The notes: generated by a model from the letters alone, not told the origin. Shown: positions 8,601 to 18,264, counted from the stretch's first letter. The stretch is 35,675 nt of DNA from a virus (IMGVR_UViG_2563366934_000005), one strand, 5' to 3'. Numbers and translations: made by a program.

Positions 8601-9605
8601 TTATGCTAACCATTTTGGATGCTCTTTATAAACATTATTAAACCACTCGGTCATTTCAGGTGAGTTCGTATCCTTTATCCAAGTTAACTCAAAGTCATCT
8701 CCCATAGATGCAAATATTGATTTCAATTGAGTTATGATTAAACCATAGTAAAATCCAAAAGTTTTTTCTTCATCCTCATTGACTAATGATTCAATATGAC
8801 AACTGAGAATAAATCGAACTCGTGCCGCCGTTGAGGGATGTGTCGATTGAAAATGTTCATGGGGTGATAAGCCATCAGAAAGTTTGAAGTAGCACAGTAT
8901 TAATAGCAATGAAAATGCAATTCCGCCTTCCTTGCTGCTATAAAAATCAAGCAAGTTATTAAGATAAGATACCTTCTGATCAAATGCAGACTGTACATGT
9001 TTTTTTACAATATTAAGAGCAAAACCATCTGCAACTAATTCTCTTGCGTGGCTTGATATTAGTTCTGCGCTATTGATTTTTTTATGTCCTAAAACATCAT
9101 CAAAGATAGTGTCAATAGATTGCTTTTTTGCTCGGTCGCCATGTTTATTAATGAAATGGCCTACTTCGTGACTAACTATAAACAGCATTAGACAATCAAG
9201 AATAAACATAAATAAGTGTGATTCGGACTCACTTTCCTCTCTTGTCTCATTGTTAAACCCAACAAATGGATTAGTAACGAGATGCAAGTCATAAAAGTTT
9301 AAATTAGTACTTTTCCCTGTTATCATCCCTGACCGAAAAATCAAGTCAGATAACTTACATAGTCTATCAAATGTACCATAAGACATAAATATTAATTTTT
9401 CATCATAAATAATGCCGCATTGAAAATGTGAGTTGGTTGTAATGCAAAAATCCAGATCTAATTTTCGAACAGAGTCCATGTATTTACTAAAAAACGGCAG
9501 TACGAGACCATTATCTCTATCATTTATAAAATCATAGATAAGCCCCAATTGATTCTTTGAAAGAATTTCATTGATTTCATTAAGTTTTATTTCAAATCTA
9601 TCCAT
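8601..9605 (-). CDS. cargo protein with ImmA/IrrE-like (M78-type) HExxH zinc-metallopeptidase core; function unknown
   Basis: 334-aa ORF with AAGAGG ribosome-binding site 8 nt upstream. HEVGH at residues 146-150 (nt about 9156-9170) and ELVADGFAL at 189-197, fitting the HExxH ... ExxA(N/D)xFA pattern of COG2856 peptidases. Very AT-rich relative to the phage backbone. Confidence 0.55.
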   Translation of the reverse strand: MDRFEIKLNEINEILSKNQLGLIYDFINDRDNGLVLPFFSKYMDSVRKLDLDFCITTNSHFQCGIIYDEKLIFMSYGTFDRLCKLSDLIFRSGMITGKSTNLNFYDLHLVTNPFVGFNNETREESESESHLFMFILDCLMLFIVSHEVGHFINKHGDRAKKQSIDTIFDDVLGHKKINSAELISSHARELVADGFALNIVKKHVQSAFDQKVSYLNNLLDFYSSKEGGIAFSLLLILCYFKLSDGLSPHEHFQSTHPSTAARVRFILSCHIESLVNEDEEKTFGFYYGLIITQLKSIFASMGDDFELTWIKDTNSPEMTEWFNNVYKEHPKWLA

Positions 9606-9921
9606 AATTAGAACCTCTTAATTAAAATTTTAAATAATCCGCTTAAGTAGCTATGGAGATGTAATTCTAATACTCAATCCACTCATTCAATGGAAAGATT
9701 AGCATTACTTTAACCGCACTTTTGGACTTGACTTACTTCCCTTAAAGCTTCTGGGCACTATGTTAGTAATGTCCGCTCTTCGCACGCAGCGGACATTGCT
9801 AATAGCGGTCTATGTGAAACACGGGGAGTAGGTTAGTTTTAGCGTTAAACACAATAAGAGCACGATGAAGTATCAAAAAGGAAGCATTGCATAGATAATT
9901 TAGGCAAAAACAGAGCTTAAA

Positions 9922-10773
9922 TTACATATCATTCGCTATCAATTCGGTTGAGAGAACCCTTGGAATCAAGCTACTTTTTGAACCATACTTTATATACAGA
10001 AAGTCCATCATCTTTTCAACATCACTTTCATGCTCTACAATGACATATTTAATATCCTTATGTGAAAAGGGTAACCTGTCATCATCATAATATTCGTTAT
10101 ATTTTCTCTTGCCATCTTGAGTTGATATATTTTTCGAAGCAGCGATCACTGGTTTTCCAATTGATTTTTCTATATCTGGAACAAATCGCCACTCCCTCTC
10201 ATCTGCAAAAATATAGTTAGGTTTCTCCTGACCATTGCGTCGTTTCAAAGTTGCCTGGTAATTTTTCATATATCGCAAAGGATCTACAATTTTCTTGTAA
10301 CTAAGAATCGCCGAGTCATATTTCCGCTTTGCATTAGTTAATTGAGATGTTGTTCCTGAAGATTTTATTTCGTCCAAATGCTTTAATAACTTATTAACTT
10401 CTGCTTTTAAACGCCTAATCTCTAGATTATAATTATCAAAAACAGAAGAGTGCTTGGACATGTAAATTACTGGATTAAGTCCATTTTCGTTTGCCCAATC
10501 TTTTGATAATCCTATGCCATAATGGCCATAACTTTCAGTATGCTGGGTAAGCTGTGTTAGCCTGATATCACAAAATGAAACCATCGGTATACCGAAATTT
10601 CTATTCGTGCTCTGGCCTTGTATAAACTCTCTAGCGAAAGAAATTCGAAAATAACTTGAGTCAAGTATCTCAAATAAGGTATCTAACTTTTCAGTAAAAT
10701 GAAACAAGGTCGTTGGGTATAAGCTACGCGACATAATGATCATCCATAATATGATGTATAAACTAAGTATCAT
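9922..10773 (-). CDS. hypothetical cargo protein (283-aa ORF; start may be an internal Met)
   Basis: Long AT-rich ORF at the Z/fun position. Conspicuous LFHFT...L..IL N-terminal motif and a basic coiled-coil-like middle. No clear ribosome-binding site at the first ATG; alternative starts at Met11 and Met14. Confidence 0.5.
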   Translation of the reverse strand: MILSLYIILWMIIMSRSLYPTTLFHFTEKLDTLFEILDSSYFRISFAREFIQGQSTNRNFGIPMVSFCDIRLTQLTQHTESYGHYGIGLSKDWANENGLNPVIYMSKHSSVFDNYNLEIRRLKAEVNKLLKHLDEIKSSGTTSQLTNAKRKYDSAILSYKKIVDPLRYMKNYQATLKRRNGQEKPNYIFADEREWRFVPDIEKSIGKPVIAASKNISTQDGKRKYNEYYDDDRLPFSHKDIKYVIVEHESDVEKMMDFLYIKYGSKSSLIPRVLSTELIANDM

Positions 10774-10952
10774 AAATCAAGGTTATCAGTACTTACCATA
10801 CATCAGCAAGCGGAATTAGCGATAGCGGCCTGCTCCTCATTAATCAACACTAAGAGCTGTTAGCTACTTCCGCTCCTGGCACAGAGCGGACTGTCAGATT
10901 AGGCTTTACTCTGTGCCATAGATATGTAAGCTCACACCAGAGTTCATATAAC

Positions 10953-11480
10953 TTATTGCGGCATTTCCGGCCATTCAGGATTTGCAGGATCCACACGGCT
11001 GACCAGAACACTGTAGCGTTCCCATGCTTCCAGTCGGCTACGCTCCTCATCTGTTGCCATGTTCAGCCTGACAGCGCGCTCCAGTGGCAAAATCACGGAT
11101 TCAGCATCTGCAAGAAGTCTGGCTTTCCGGTTTTCTGCCTGCTGCTGCAATTCCTCTGCCGTATAAATGCGTTTAATCACTGTACCGTCCTTAAACATCC
11201 AGTTCCCTGAAATGTCCGCCCGTCGGTTAGCAGTAATATCCGCCACTTCAACAACACTTAATCCATCCGGTCTGATAGCTGTCACATCCTTTTCCACATA
11301 GCGGATGATATTATCTTTGTCGTACGCTATTTTTAGCGTGTCATCAGCAAAATACTTTTGTTCTTCGTACCAGTTCTTACCATCTTCTGAAAAAAACCAG
11401 ACAACATCAAAGTCTTTTGTCAATTGATATTGTTCAACCGTTTTTGGATTACCCGCCGTAATATTTTTTAAATGCTGCAT
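10953..11480 (-). CDS. G: tail fibre assembly protein G
   Basis: 175 aa, the P2 gpG length, immediately downstream of H. Confidence 0.8.
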   Translation of the reverse strand: MQHLKNITAGNPKTVEQYQLTKDFDVVWFFSEDGKNWYEEQKYFADDTLKIAYDKDNIIRYVEKDVTAIRPDGLSVVEVADITANRRADISGNWMFKDGTVIKRIYTAEELQQQAENRKARLLADAESVILPLERAVRLNMATDEERSRLEAWERYSVLVSRVDPANPEWPEMPQ

Positions 11481-11483
11481 AAA

Positions 11484-13732
11484 TTATACCTGCGCCACGT
11501 TATACCATGTCCCGTTAATGTATTTCTGAACCGGTCTGTAATATACACCACCAATGTTATCGGCAGAGTTTGAGCCGGTATCCTGAACAATAATGCCGGA
11601 ATATACACACCCGGACGGTGCCTGATGTGTCCATGTCATGCCATTGTTCGCAGGTTTGTATGTGGCAGCACCACCAAGCCGGATATCCCGGACATAGCGG
11701 GAATCAAAGTTACCGTAATCCGAGGGATTAACACGCCCCGTAATATTTATGGTTTTATTACTTTGAATGCTACCGGAGACAAAGCGCATAACATGGACGT
11801 TATTAGCATAAACATCCAGATTACCGTCGCCATTTTGTTTAAAGCCCGTGTCATTATCACCCAAAACAATCGAGTTACCGCCAAGAGCACTGGATGTACC
11901 GATGCCCAGTGCACCATTCAATTGACCTCCAGATAATGATAACGCCCCAACATCAGCAGCAGTCGGTTTAATGTGCGAACTGTAAATTACATATACAGTT
12001 CCATCTGTCAGGCCTGTTGGTTTATTCGCTGTATAAGTTGGTGATGTATGAATCGTTACGCTGGCGTTACTGGTATAATCCCACTGAATATTAACACCTG
12101 TGGCGTAATTACCTATTTCAACATAAACATCATAGGTATCACCGGATGTATTCACCCATGCAAAATTAGTAAATCCAACCGAGGTCCGTCGCCATAACGC
12201 ACCAGTAAGACCTTTTGGATTTCCATTTCCCGCACGAAGAACAAGTTCAGATATACCAGCCTGCATAGGGGAGTTAACATTATATCCGGCACCACCAATC
12301 AGACTTATGTAAACCACGGAACTGGCCTGTGACATGGTTACAGTTGCCAGCCTGAACCATCCTGTACCACCACTAAAAGACATGGTTGTTGAATTTGTTG
12401 CTCCAATATTGCGCAGGAATAATCTTTTATCAGGAATATCCGCGCCATTTTGATCTTTCTGAAGACGTTTTTCAGCATTGTCATAGGCAGACTTCACCGC
12501 TTTTGGTGTTGCGGCCAGCGTTTCCGAATCACTGTTGGTGGCGCTACTGAGCTGGACAAGACCTTTTCGCGCTGTGGTGGCGTCCTGTGCGGTATATTTC
12601 CCGTTAGCAAGGTCATACGCTGTCTTAACCGCCTTTGGCGTTGCAGCCAGCGTTTCAGAATCGCTGTTTGTGGCGCTACTGAGCTGGACAAGACCTTTTC
12701 GCGCTGTGGTGGCGTCCTGTGCGGTATATTTCCCGTTAGCAAGGTCATACGCTGTCTTAACCGCCTTTGGCGTTGCAGCCAGCGTTTCAGAATCGCTGTT
12801 TGTGGCGCTACTGAGCTGGACAAGACCTTTTCGCGCTGTGGTGGCATCCTGTGCGGTATATTTCCCGTTAGCGAGGTCATATGCTGCCTTTACCGCCTTT
12901 GGCGTTGCCGCAAGCGTTTCAGAATCACTGTTGGTGGCGCTACTGAGCTGGACAAGACCTTTTCGCGCTGTGGTGGCATCCTGTGCAGTGTATTTCCCGT
13001 TAGCAAGGTCATATGCTGCTTTTACCGCTTTTGGTGTTGCGGCGAGCGTTTCAGACGTGCTGTTGGTGGCACTACTGAGCTGGACAAGACCTTTTCGCGC
13101 TGTGGTAGCGTCCTGTGCGGTATATTTCCCGTTAGCCAGGTCATATCTTTCGGCGTTGCAGCCAGTGTTTCAGACGTGCTGTTGGTCGCACTGCTTAACT
13201 GAGTAAAACCTTTTGCGGTCAGCGAGGCGTCCGGGTGACGTCGTGACTGTTCATGTTCTGCAATTTTGTCATCAACGTAATCCTGCGTCGCCATCACCGT
13301 TGTGGTGTCAATGGTCAGCTCCACTGAGGTCACACTGCTGACGATGATGACCATACGGCAGGTCTGCGAACGCCCTGAGCCTTCGGCAAGAGCTGGCTTA
13401 TAACTTTCGGCCATGTTCGCCACGGCAATTAACGTTCCAGCATCATCGTACAGGCCAAGCTCACGCATCCAGAAACCGCCCACCTCCGGCGGAATAACCA
13501 GCTCTGCGATAATATAATTACTGTTTCGTTTGTCCTGGCTGATTTTGTTCAGCGCATGTCGCCAGACTTCGTGGATAAGCCCGGTCTGTCCGGCATCCGG
13601 GACAGGCAATTTACCACCGCCATCCCCGACGGCCATCGTGGTAATGTTGACCTTCCGCCCTCCCGGCGCGGTTGCCGCTGCCAGCTTTGCTGCACCGGCA
13701 GTGGTGATAACGGTTCTGAATTTTGTGCTCAT
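11484..13732 (-). pseudogene. H: tail fibre protein H, disrupted by a frameshift within its internal repeats
   Basis: The conserved H N-terminus (ORF 13022-13732) runs through the first repeat in frame (..SSATNSTSETLAATPK), then continues out of frame. The in-frame repeats and receptor-binding C-terminus (ORF 11484-12497, open upstream to about 13145) are in another frame. About 13 nt encoding AVKxA is missing at about 13146-13147 relative to the other repeat units. Confidence 0.6.
12497..13215 (-). repeat. tandem 132-bp coding repeats (about 5 units of a 44-aa tail-fibre motif)
   Basis: Near-identical units every 132 bp, starting at about 12541, 12673, 12805, 12937 and 13069. Each encodes AVKAAYDLANGKYTAQDATTARKGLVQLSSATNSDSETLAATPK. 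Confidence 0.85.
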
Positions 13733-13742
13733 TATTCCTCAC

Positions 13743-14273
13743 TTATCCGGGGTAAACCGTAATTACATCGCCGTCGTAAGCCACACAACCGGCGAACAGG
13801 TAGCCGGGAATGTCCCGGGTAATGTTCAGGCCAATAAGGTGGCGGCTTGCAGGTTTGGCATCGGCAATCAGCCGTTCCATTTCCTGATACATTGCCTCCG
13901 TGATGCCGCTTTCCAGTACACCAATATCAAGCCGGAAGGTGCCTGGCGGGTCACTGTTTTCCCACCACTCCGTCACGTTGATGAGATAGCCGAGCGGCTC
14001 CACCACACGCCGGATTGCGCCGATAGTGCCTTTATGACAGTGGATGAAATAGGCATCGCGAATAACGGCGCGTTTGGTCGCTTCCGGCCACTTTTCATCC
14101 CACCTGTCGACCGAAAACGCCCACGCCAGCCACGGCAGCAGATTTCCCGGGCAGGTGTCCGGGTTCCACAGTTCACGAATACTGACCGGCGTTTTTTCAA
14201 TTTCCGCACAGGCTTTTGCGGCAGCAATTTCAAGCGGTGATGAGCCGGTCGGCAGCAGGCGCGAATCACTCAT
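13743..14273 (-). CDS. I: baseplate assembly protein I
   Basis: 176 aa, the P2 gpI length; overlaps the J stop. Confidence 0.8.
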   Translation of the reverse strand: MSDSRLLPTGSSPLEIAAAKACAEIEKTPVSIRELWNPDTCPGNLLPWLAWAFSVDRWDEKWPEATKRAVIRDAYFIHCHKGTIGAIRRVVEPLGYLINVTEWWENSDPPGTFRLDIGVLESGITEAMYQEMERLIADAKPASRHLIGLNITRDIPGYLFAGCVAYDGDVITVYPG

Positions 14274-15174
14274 CCGAGCCTCCGGTCACGACGCGGTATT
14301 CGGTACAGAAAGACGCCTGCGTACTGTTGAGCACAATGTCGGCCAGTGGTGCGGCCAGCTCGACACGCTGCACGCCTTCCACATGCAAAGCGGCATAAAT
14401 GGCAGACAGACGGATGTCGCGCCCCAGCCGGTGCTGCGCCGTGATGTACGCTTCCAGTTTTTTCACGGCAGCAGCGCGGATGGGTTCGCTTTCGGGACCA
14501 GGGTAAAGGTAAAGCGTGGCGTTTATCTGGTATTCAACAATGGCGGCAGACTGCACGGTCACGCGGTCGGCCACCGGCCTGACGTCCTCGCCATTAAGGG
14601 CGTTACGCACCACGGCCAGCAGGTCTTCGGATGCCACACCGTTATTTTCACGTGACAGCACAGAGATGGTGACGCAGGCCGGAGACGGACTGGTGACAGA
14701 AATATCCGCGACACGCCCGTCGGCACTGCGACCATGATACTGATAGGCCCCCACCGACCCGGCGACGCTTAAACCTTCAAACGCCTGCTGAATACGCAGA
14801 CGATAATCAGTATCAGATTCCATCACTGCCGGTGTCGGCGGGATGGTCGAATCGTCTGCCGGGGTGATAATCAGGCGTGTGGTGTTGTAATTGGCACCAA
14901 TCACATCAAGGTCATTACCGGCGGCACAGGCCAGCATTACCGCCCGTGCTGCCTCATTCACACGCTGACGCCAGATAAGCTCACGATAAGCATTTTCCTC
15001 CAGCAGTTTGACGAGAGGCTCGGATTCCAGCGTCAGGGTACGGGCGACCGCCTCCTGCTGGTCTTCCGGGTAAAGGGAAATCAGTGTCGCCTTGCGTTCG
15101 GCAAGAATGGTTTCAAAGTCCAGCTCCTCGACCACATCCGGTGCAGGTAGCTGGTTCAGGTCGATAATCGGCAT
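14266..15174 (-). CDS. J: baseplate assembly protein J
   Basis: 302 aa, the P2 gpJ length. Confidence 0.8.
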   Translation of the reverse strand: MPIIDLNQLPAPDVVEELDFETILAERKATLISLYPEDQQEAVARTLTLESEPLVKLLEENAYRELIWRQRVNEAARAVMLACAAGNDLDVIGANYNTTRLIITPADDSTIPPTPAVMESDTDYRLRIQQAFEGLSVAGSVGAYQYHGRSADGRVADISVTSPSPACVTISVLSRENNGVASEDLLAVVRNALNGEDVRPVADRVTVQSAAIVEYQINATLYLYPGPESEPIRAAAVKKLEAYITAQHRLGRDIRLSAIYAALHVEGVQRVELAAPLADIVLNSTQASFCTEYRVVTGGSDE

Positions 15175-15178
15175 GGTT

Positions 15179-15526
15179 TCAACTCACAGGGATGGTTAAC
15201 GAAAGTGGCTGGCCGGTGTCGTTGTGCTGGCCGGTTAACGTGACCGTCATTCGCCCGTCAAAACTGCGCTCAGTGGTGACGGATGACAGGGTGACGCGGG
15301 GTTCCCATTTCAGCACCGCCATGTAACAGGCGACCTTAATCTGCAACTCAAGCGCCGGGGTCTGCGGCTGGTCAATCATTGATGCCAGCAACGAGCCGTA
15401 ATCACGACGCATCACCCGTGAGCCGACCGGTGTGCGCAGGATATCGCCGATACTCTGGCTGATATGCTCAAGGTCAGTGACAGTCAGGCCATCACTGCGA
15501 TTCATTCCGAGATAACGCGCTGTCAT
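15179..15526 (-). CDS. W: baseplate protein W
   Basis: 115 aa, the P2 gpW length; start overlaps the V stop. Confidence 0.8.
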   Translation of the reverse strand: MTARYLGMNRSDGLTVTDLEHISQSIGDILRTPVGSRVMRRDYGSLLASMIDQPQTPALELQIKVACYMAVLKWEPRVTLSSVTTERSFDGRMTVTLTGQHNDTGQPLSLTIPVS

Positions 15527-16158
15527 AAAGGACTCCCGGTTGTGCCGCCGCTGTCGCCGGGGTGTTTATGGGTATGCAGTACCTTACCGTTTGATGAGAG
15601 TTCACCGCCGGTGTGTTCAATGTTGCCGCGCATCGTCCCGCCCTTCTGCACTTCCAGCGTGCCGGTAATCAGCCTGTTGGTGCAGACCACCTCCGGGGTG
15701 TCCAGGGTGACGCGCGTTGATGCTTTCACCATGACCACCGGCACCGTGGCAGTAACAGAATCAGAAGCCGTCACGCTGGCCGTTTTAATTCCGCTTACCG
15801 TGAGTGCACTGGTTTCGGGTTCATATTCAATCACCGCCCCGTCAGGGAAACGGATATGCAGGGCATCCGCCGACACAGACGGCGAGGGGTTATCGCCGGA
15901 ATAAATCCCCGGCAGAACGAACGCCGTGTCGAGTTCACCGCCCACGGCCAGAATCAGCACCTGTTCTCCCACGGAAGGTGCCCACCATGTGCGCGAACGT
16001 CCTGCGCGATGGGTCAGCCACTGAAGCCAGTCGGTGCACATGCCGCCGGTCTGCACGCGGCAGCGACCGGCGTTAAGGTCGGTTTCGACGATAATGCCGG
16101 TGCGAATCATGTTGCGCAGTGCGCGCGCGAGTTCCTGAATATTTGCGAGAGTGTTCAT
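15523..16158 (-). CDS. V: baseplate spike protein V
   Basis: 211 aa from the ATG at 16158 (MNTLANIQELARALRNM...), the P2 gpV length. The track ORF starts 6 codons upstream at a TTG. Confidence 0.8.
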   Translation of the reverse strand: MNTLANIQELARALRNMIRTGIIVETDLNAGRCRVQTGGMCTDWLQWLTHRAGRSRTWWAPSVGEQVLILAVGGELDTAFVLPGIYSGDNPSPSVSADALHIRFPDGAVIEYEPETSALTVSGIKTASVTASDSVTATVPVVMVKASTRVTLDTPEVVCTNRLITGTLEVQKGGTMRGNIEHTGGELSSNGKVLHTHKHPGDSGGTTGSPL

Positions 16159-16241
16159 GCATGTGAGATTGCACAATATATAAAAGTTATGCTATCTGGA
16201 TTCATTTGTAGAACTACCAGACAACATTCAAGGAGAGCGTA

Positions 16242-17027
16242 ATGGTCAGCTATAATGTGACTAATGTGTGGGGGCTAATCGTTTTTTTCCTTTGTAGCTT
16301 TGCAGTATTAGCATTTTTTAGCTTTGGTAAAAGTAACCTTATGAGGCTTATTGCACATTATTTCAATTTTGGATATTCAGACAAAAAATTAAAAAGACTT
16401 GACCGCGAGTGGCGCGACATTCAACTATTTAAAATAATTAACGGAATCAATGTATCAGGCATTGAAAATGTGAGAATGATACAGCAGGGACTGATTGATG
16501 GAAAACTAAAAACATCGTATTTTTTCCTTACTCGCATCTGGGGTGACATAACAAAACCACCACACATAATTAAAACAATAATTGTAATTCTGGCCAGTAT
16601 TTTTTACATTCTCCTCGCATGTTACATACACAACGAACAATCCGTTATAGTAAGGGATGCCATAGGCATACCATATAAAAACATGATGTACTATGTTTAT
16701 AGTGACAAAGTTCTTTTATCCTTCAAAAATAAAGCAGTTGAATTTAATAAAACTTATAGCCTTGCCGATTGCAAGAGACTGCAAAACGTATTTATAAAAG
16801 ACACACTTCCTGAGATCGCCTGCAATAAGCTCTTACAGCTAAACGAGGAGGACTCCGAATGGTTAAGCCAGGAGATTAAAGATAATAACAGTCACAAAAA
16901 AGCATTATTAATACTATCCCTCGTCTATTTCACTTCAGGTCTGGTTATATTCCTGTCATATACAAAATTCTTTTACGCCAATAAGAAGGTTTTAGAATAC
17001 AAAGCATCAAATAAAAATCACTCATAA
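16242..17027 (+). CDS. AT-rich membrane protein at the P2 orf30 position (3 predicted transmembrane segments), function unknown
   Basis: 261-aa ORF with AGGAG ribosome-binding site. Encoded opposite to the flanking V and S late genes. Hydrophobic segments at about residues 10-28, 112-131 and 222-241. Confidence 0.6.
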   Translation: MVSYNVTNVWGLIVFFLCSFAVLAFFSFGKSNLMRLIAHYFNFGYSDKKLKRLDREWRDIQLFKIINGINVSGIENVRMIQQGLIDGKLKTSYFFLTRIWGDITKPPHIIKTIIVILASIFYILLACYIHNEQSVIVRDAIGIPYKNMMYYVYSDKVLLSFKNKAVEFNKTYSLADCKRLQNVFIKDTLPEIACNKLLQLNEEDSEWLSQEIKDNNSHKKALLILSLVYFTSGLVIFLSYTKFFYANKKVLEYKASNKNHS

Positions 17028-17033
17028 ACCTCT

Positions 17034-17068
17034 AAACATTGAGCGACCAGCATGGCCGCTCAATGTTT
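17034..17068. terminator. bidirectional hairpin between the orf30-position gene and S
   Basis: 12-bp perfect stem AAACATTGAGCG / CGCTCAATGTTT with an 11-nt loop, sitting between convergent stop codons (17027 and 17099). Confidence 0.5.
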
Positions 17069-17098
17069 AATTGCGCATCAGCCTCTGCCTGGATAAAA

Positions 17099-17551
17099 CT
17101 AACGCTCAAGGTGAGCCAGGATAATCTCTTCAATCATCTGCACATCCTCACCGGTAAAGCCGAGCAGAGGACGCGCCGGATAATCAATTTTCTTACCGTC
17201 TTTCCGGGTTTCTTCCGACAGACCGAACTGATGCACACTGGCGATTTTCGGCGACTTCCCGCCGTAAAATTCCATTGATGCCTGTTCCGGGCTGGCGCGG
17301 ATATGCAAAAAACGACTGGTGATAAGTTTCGCAAACATTTTTCGCTTAACACGACCGGTCTTTTTTCTGGCGCTCTGCTGCTGGCGTGGCGCGTAGGGTG
17401 TGCCGTCCGGGGCTTTCTGTGCCATCACCCGACGCTGCTGACTCTGCCGCAGACGCTTCGCCAGCTCTGCACTCAGCCGCCGACGCCCTGACGGTGACAG
17501 CGACTCAATAAGTCCGGTCAGCCGGTCTTCAAAACGCTTAAACTCATTCAT
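17099..17551 (-). CDS. S: tail completion protein S
   Basis: 150 aa, the P2 gpS length. Confidence 0.8.
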   Translation of the reverse strand: MNEFKRFEDRLTGLIESLSPSGRRRLSAELAKRLRQSQQRRVMAQKAPDGTPYAPRQQQSARKKTGRVKRKMFAKLITSRFLHIRASPEQASMEFYGGKSPKIASVHQFGLSEETRKDGKKIDYPARPLLGFTGEDVQMIEEIILAHLER

Positions 17552-18011
17552 CCCACTTACTCACCAGTTCGCCATTGATATAAAGCTCCATCGGGCGGGT
17601 GACCGGCTCCGGCGGCGGGGGTTCCGGGATATTCTTCACATGCAGTGCGCCGTCGACCTCACTGACCAGCGTGCGCTCGGTCAGCATCAGGCTGATGCTG
17701 ACATCAAAGCTGCTGTCATTGTTGATGTCTGCATAAAACGTGAAGCCCTTTTTCTGGCCTTCGTCGGTGGTCATGATGTCGGGCTGATTTTCCCGCAGCC
17801 ACGCCAGTACCGGCACGATGAGCAGGTCAAAATCACCGGTAAAGTCGGTCACAATGACATTGAGCGTGTAACGCTTTTCGAATGACAACGACGCCGCCAG
17901 CGTGGAGGCAATACTCCCGTTATCCACGAATATCCGCAGCATATCGGGGTTAGTTTTCAGCACCGTGACGGCATCAGTCAGCGCCCTGCGCAGGCTGTCG
18001 GGTTTGAGCAT
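17544..18011 (-). CDS. R: tail completion protein R
   Basis: 155 aa, the P2 gpR length. Confidence 0.8.
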   Translation of the reverse strand: MLKPDSLRRALTDAVTVLKTNPDMLRIFVDNGSIASTLAASLSFEKRYTLNVIVTDFTGDFDLLIVPVLAWLRENQPDIMTTDEGQKKGFTFYADINNDSSFDVSISLMLTERTLVSEVDGALHVKNIPEPPPPEPVTRPMELYINGELVSKWDE

Positions 18012-18264
18012 CGTTTTCGTCCTGACAGTGTTTAATCATTTTTACCTGGCTGGCACAGCGTGCCAGCGCGTTCTCAAGCTGCCGGATATCAGCACTTAAA
18101 TCGCCGTTCGTCTGCGGGTCACTGCCCGGCATCGGGCAAAGGCTCACTTTCGGGCAGGCGTTGGCGACAATCACTGGCGTCGGTGCAGGCCGGGCGCTGG
18201 TGCAAGCGGCGCACAGCATCAGGCAGGTCAGCACCGTACCAGCGGCGAAAATCTTCGTTTTCAT
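17974..18264 (-). CDS. lysC: LysC, Rz1-like outer-membrane spanin lipoprotein (embedded out of frame in lysB)
   Basis: 96 aa from the ATG at 18264 (MKTKIFAAGTVLTCLMLCAAC...). Signal peptide with a lipobox Cys and a Pro-rich body. Nested in the +1 frame of lysB and overlapping the R start, as in P2. Confidence 0.65.
   Translation of the reverse strand: MKTKIFAAGTVLTCLMLCAACTSARPAPTPVIVANACPKVSLCPMPGSDPQTNGDLSADIRQLENALARCASQVKMIKHCQDENDAQTRQPAQGAD

Noticed and set aside
10850-11050. 66-aa minus-strand ORF overlapping the 3' end of G
   Set aside because: Overlaps G out of frame and extends into the intergenic hairpin region; no ribosome-binding site; likely spurious.
12450-13206. Plus-strand ORFs 12450-13202 (250 aa) and 12535-13206 (223 aa) with internally repetitive translations
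   Set aside because: They lie antisense to the H tail-fibre repeat array and are open only because of the 132-bp periodicity; the coding strand is minus.
12497-13215. Possible CRISPR array suggested by regularly spaced repeats
   Set aside because: The period is 132 bp with no unique spacers, the units are protein-coding (44-aa motif) and lie inside a tail fibre gene.
16177-16241. TGT-N11-ACA dyad between V and the orf30-position gene as an Ogr-binding site
   Set aside because: Spacing is 11 rather than the expected 12, and it lies too close to the V start for a site centred near -55; left unannotated.
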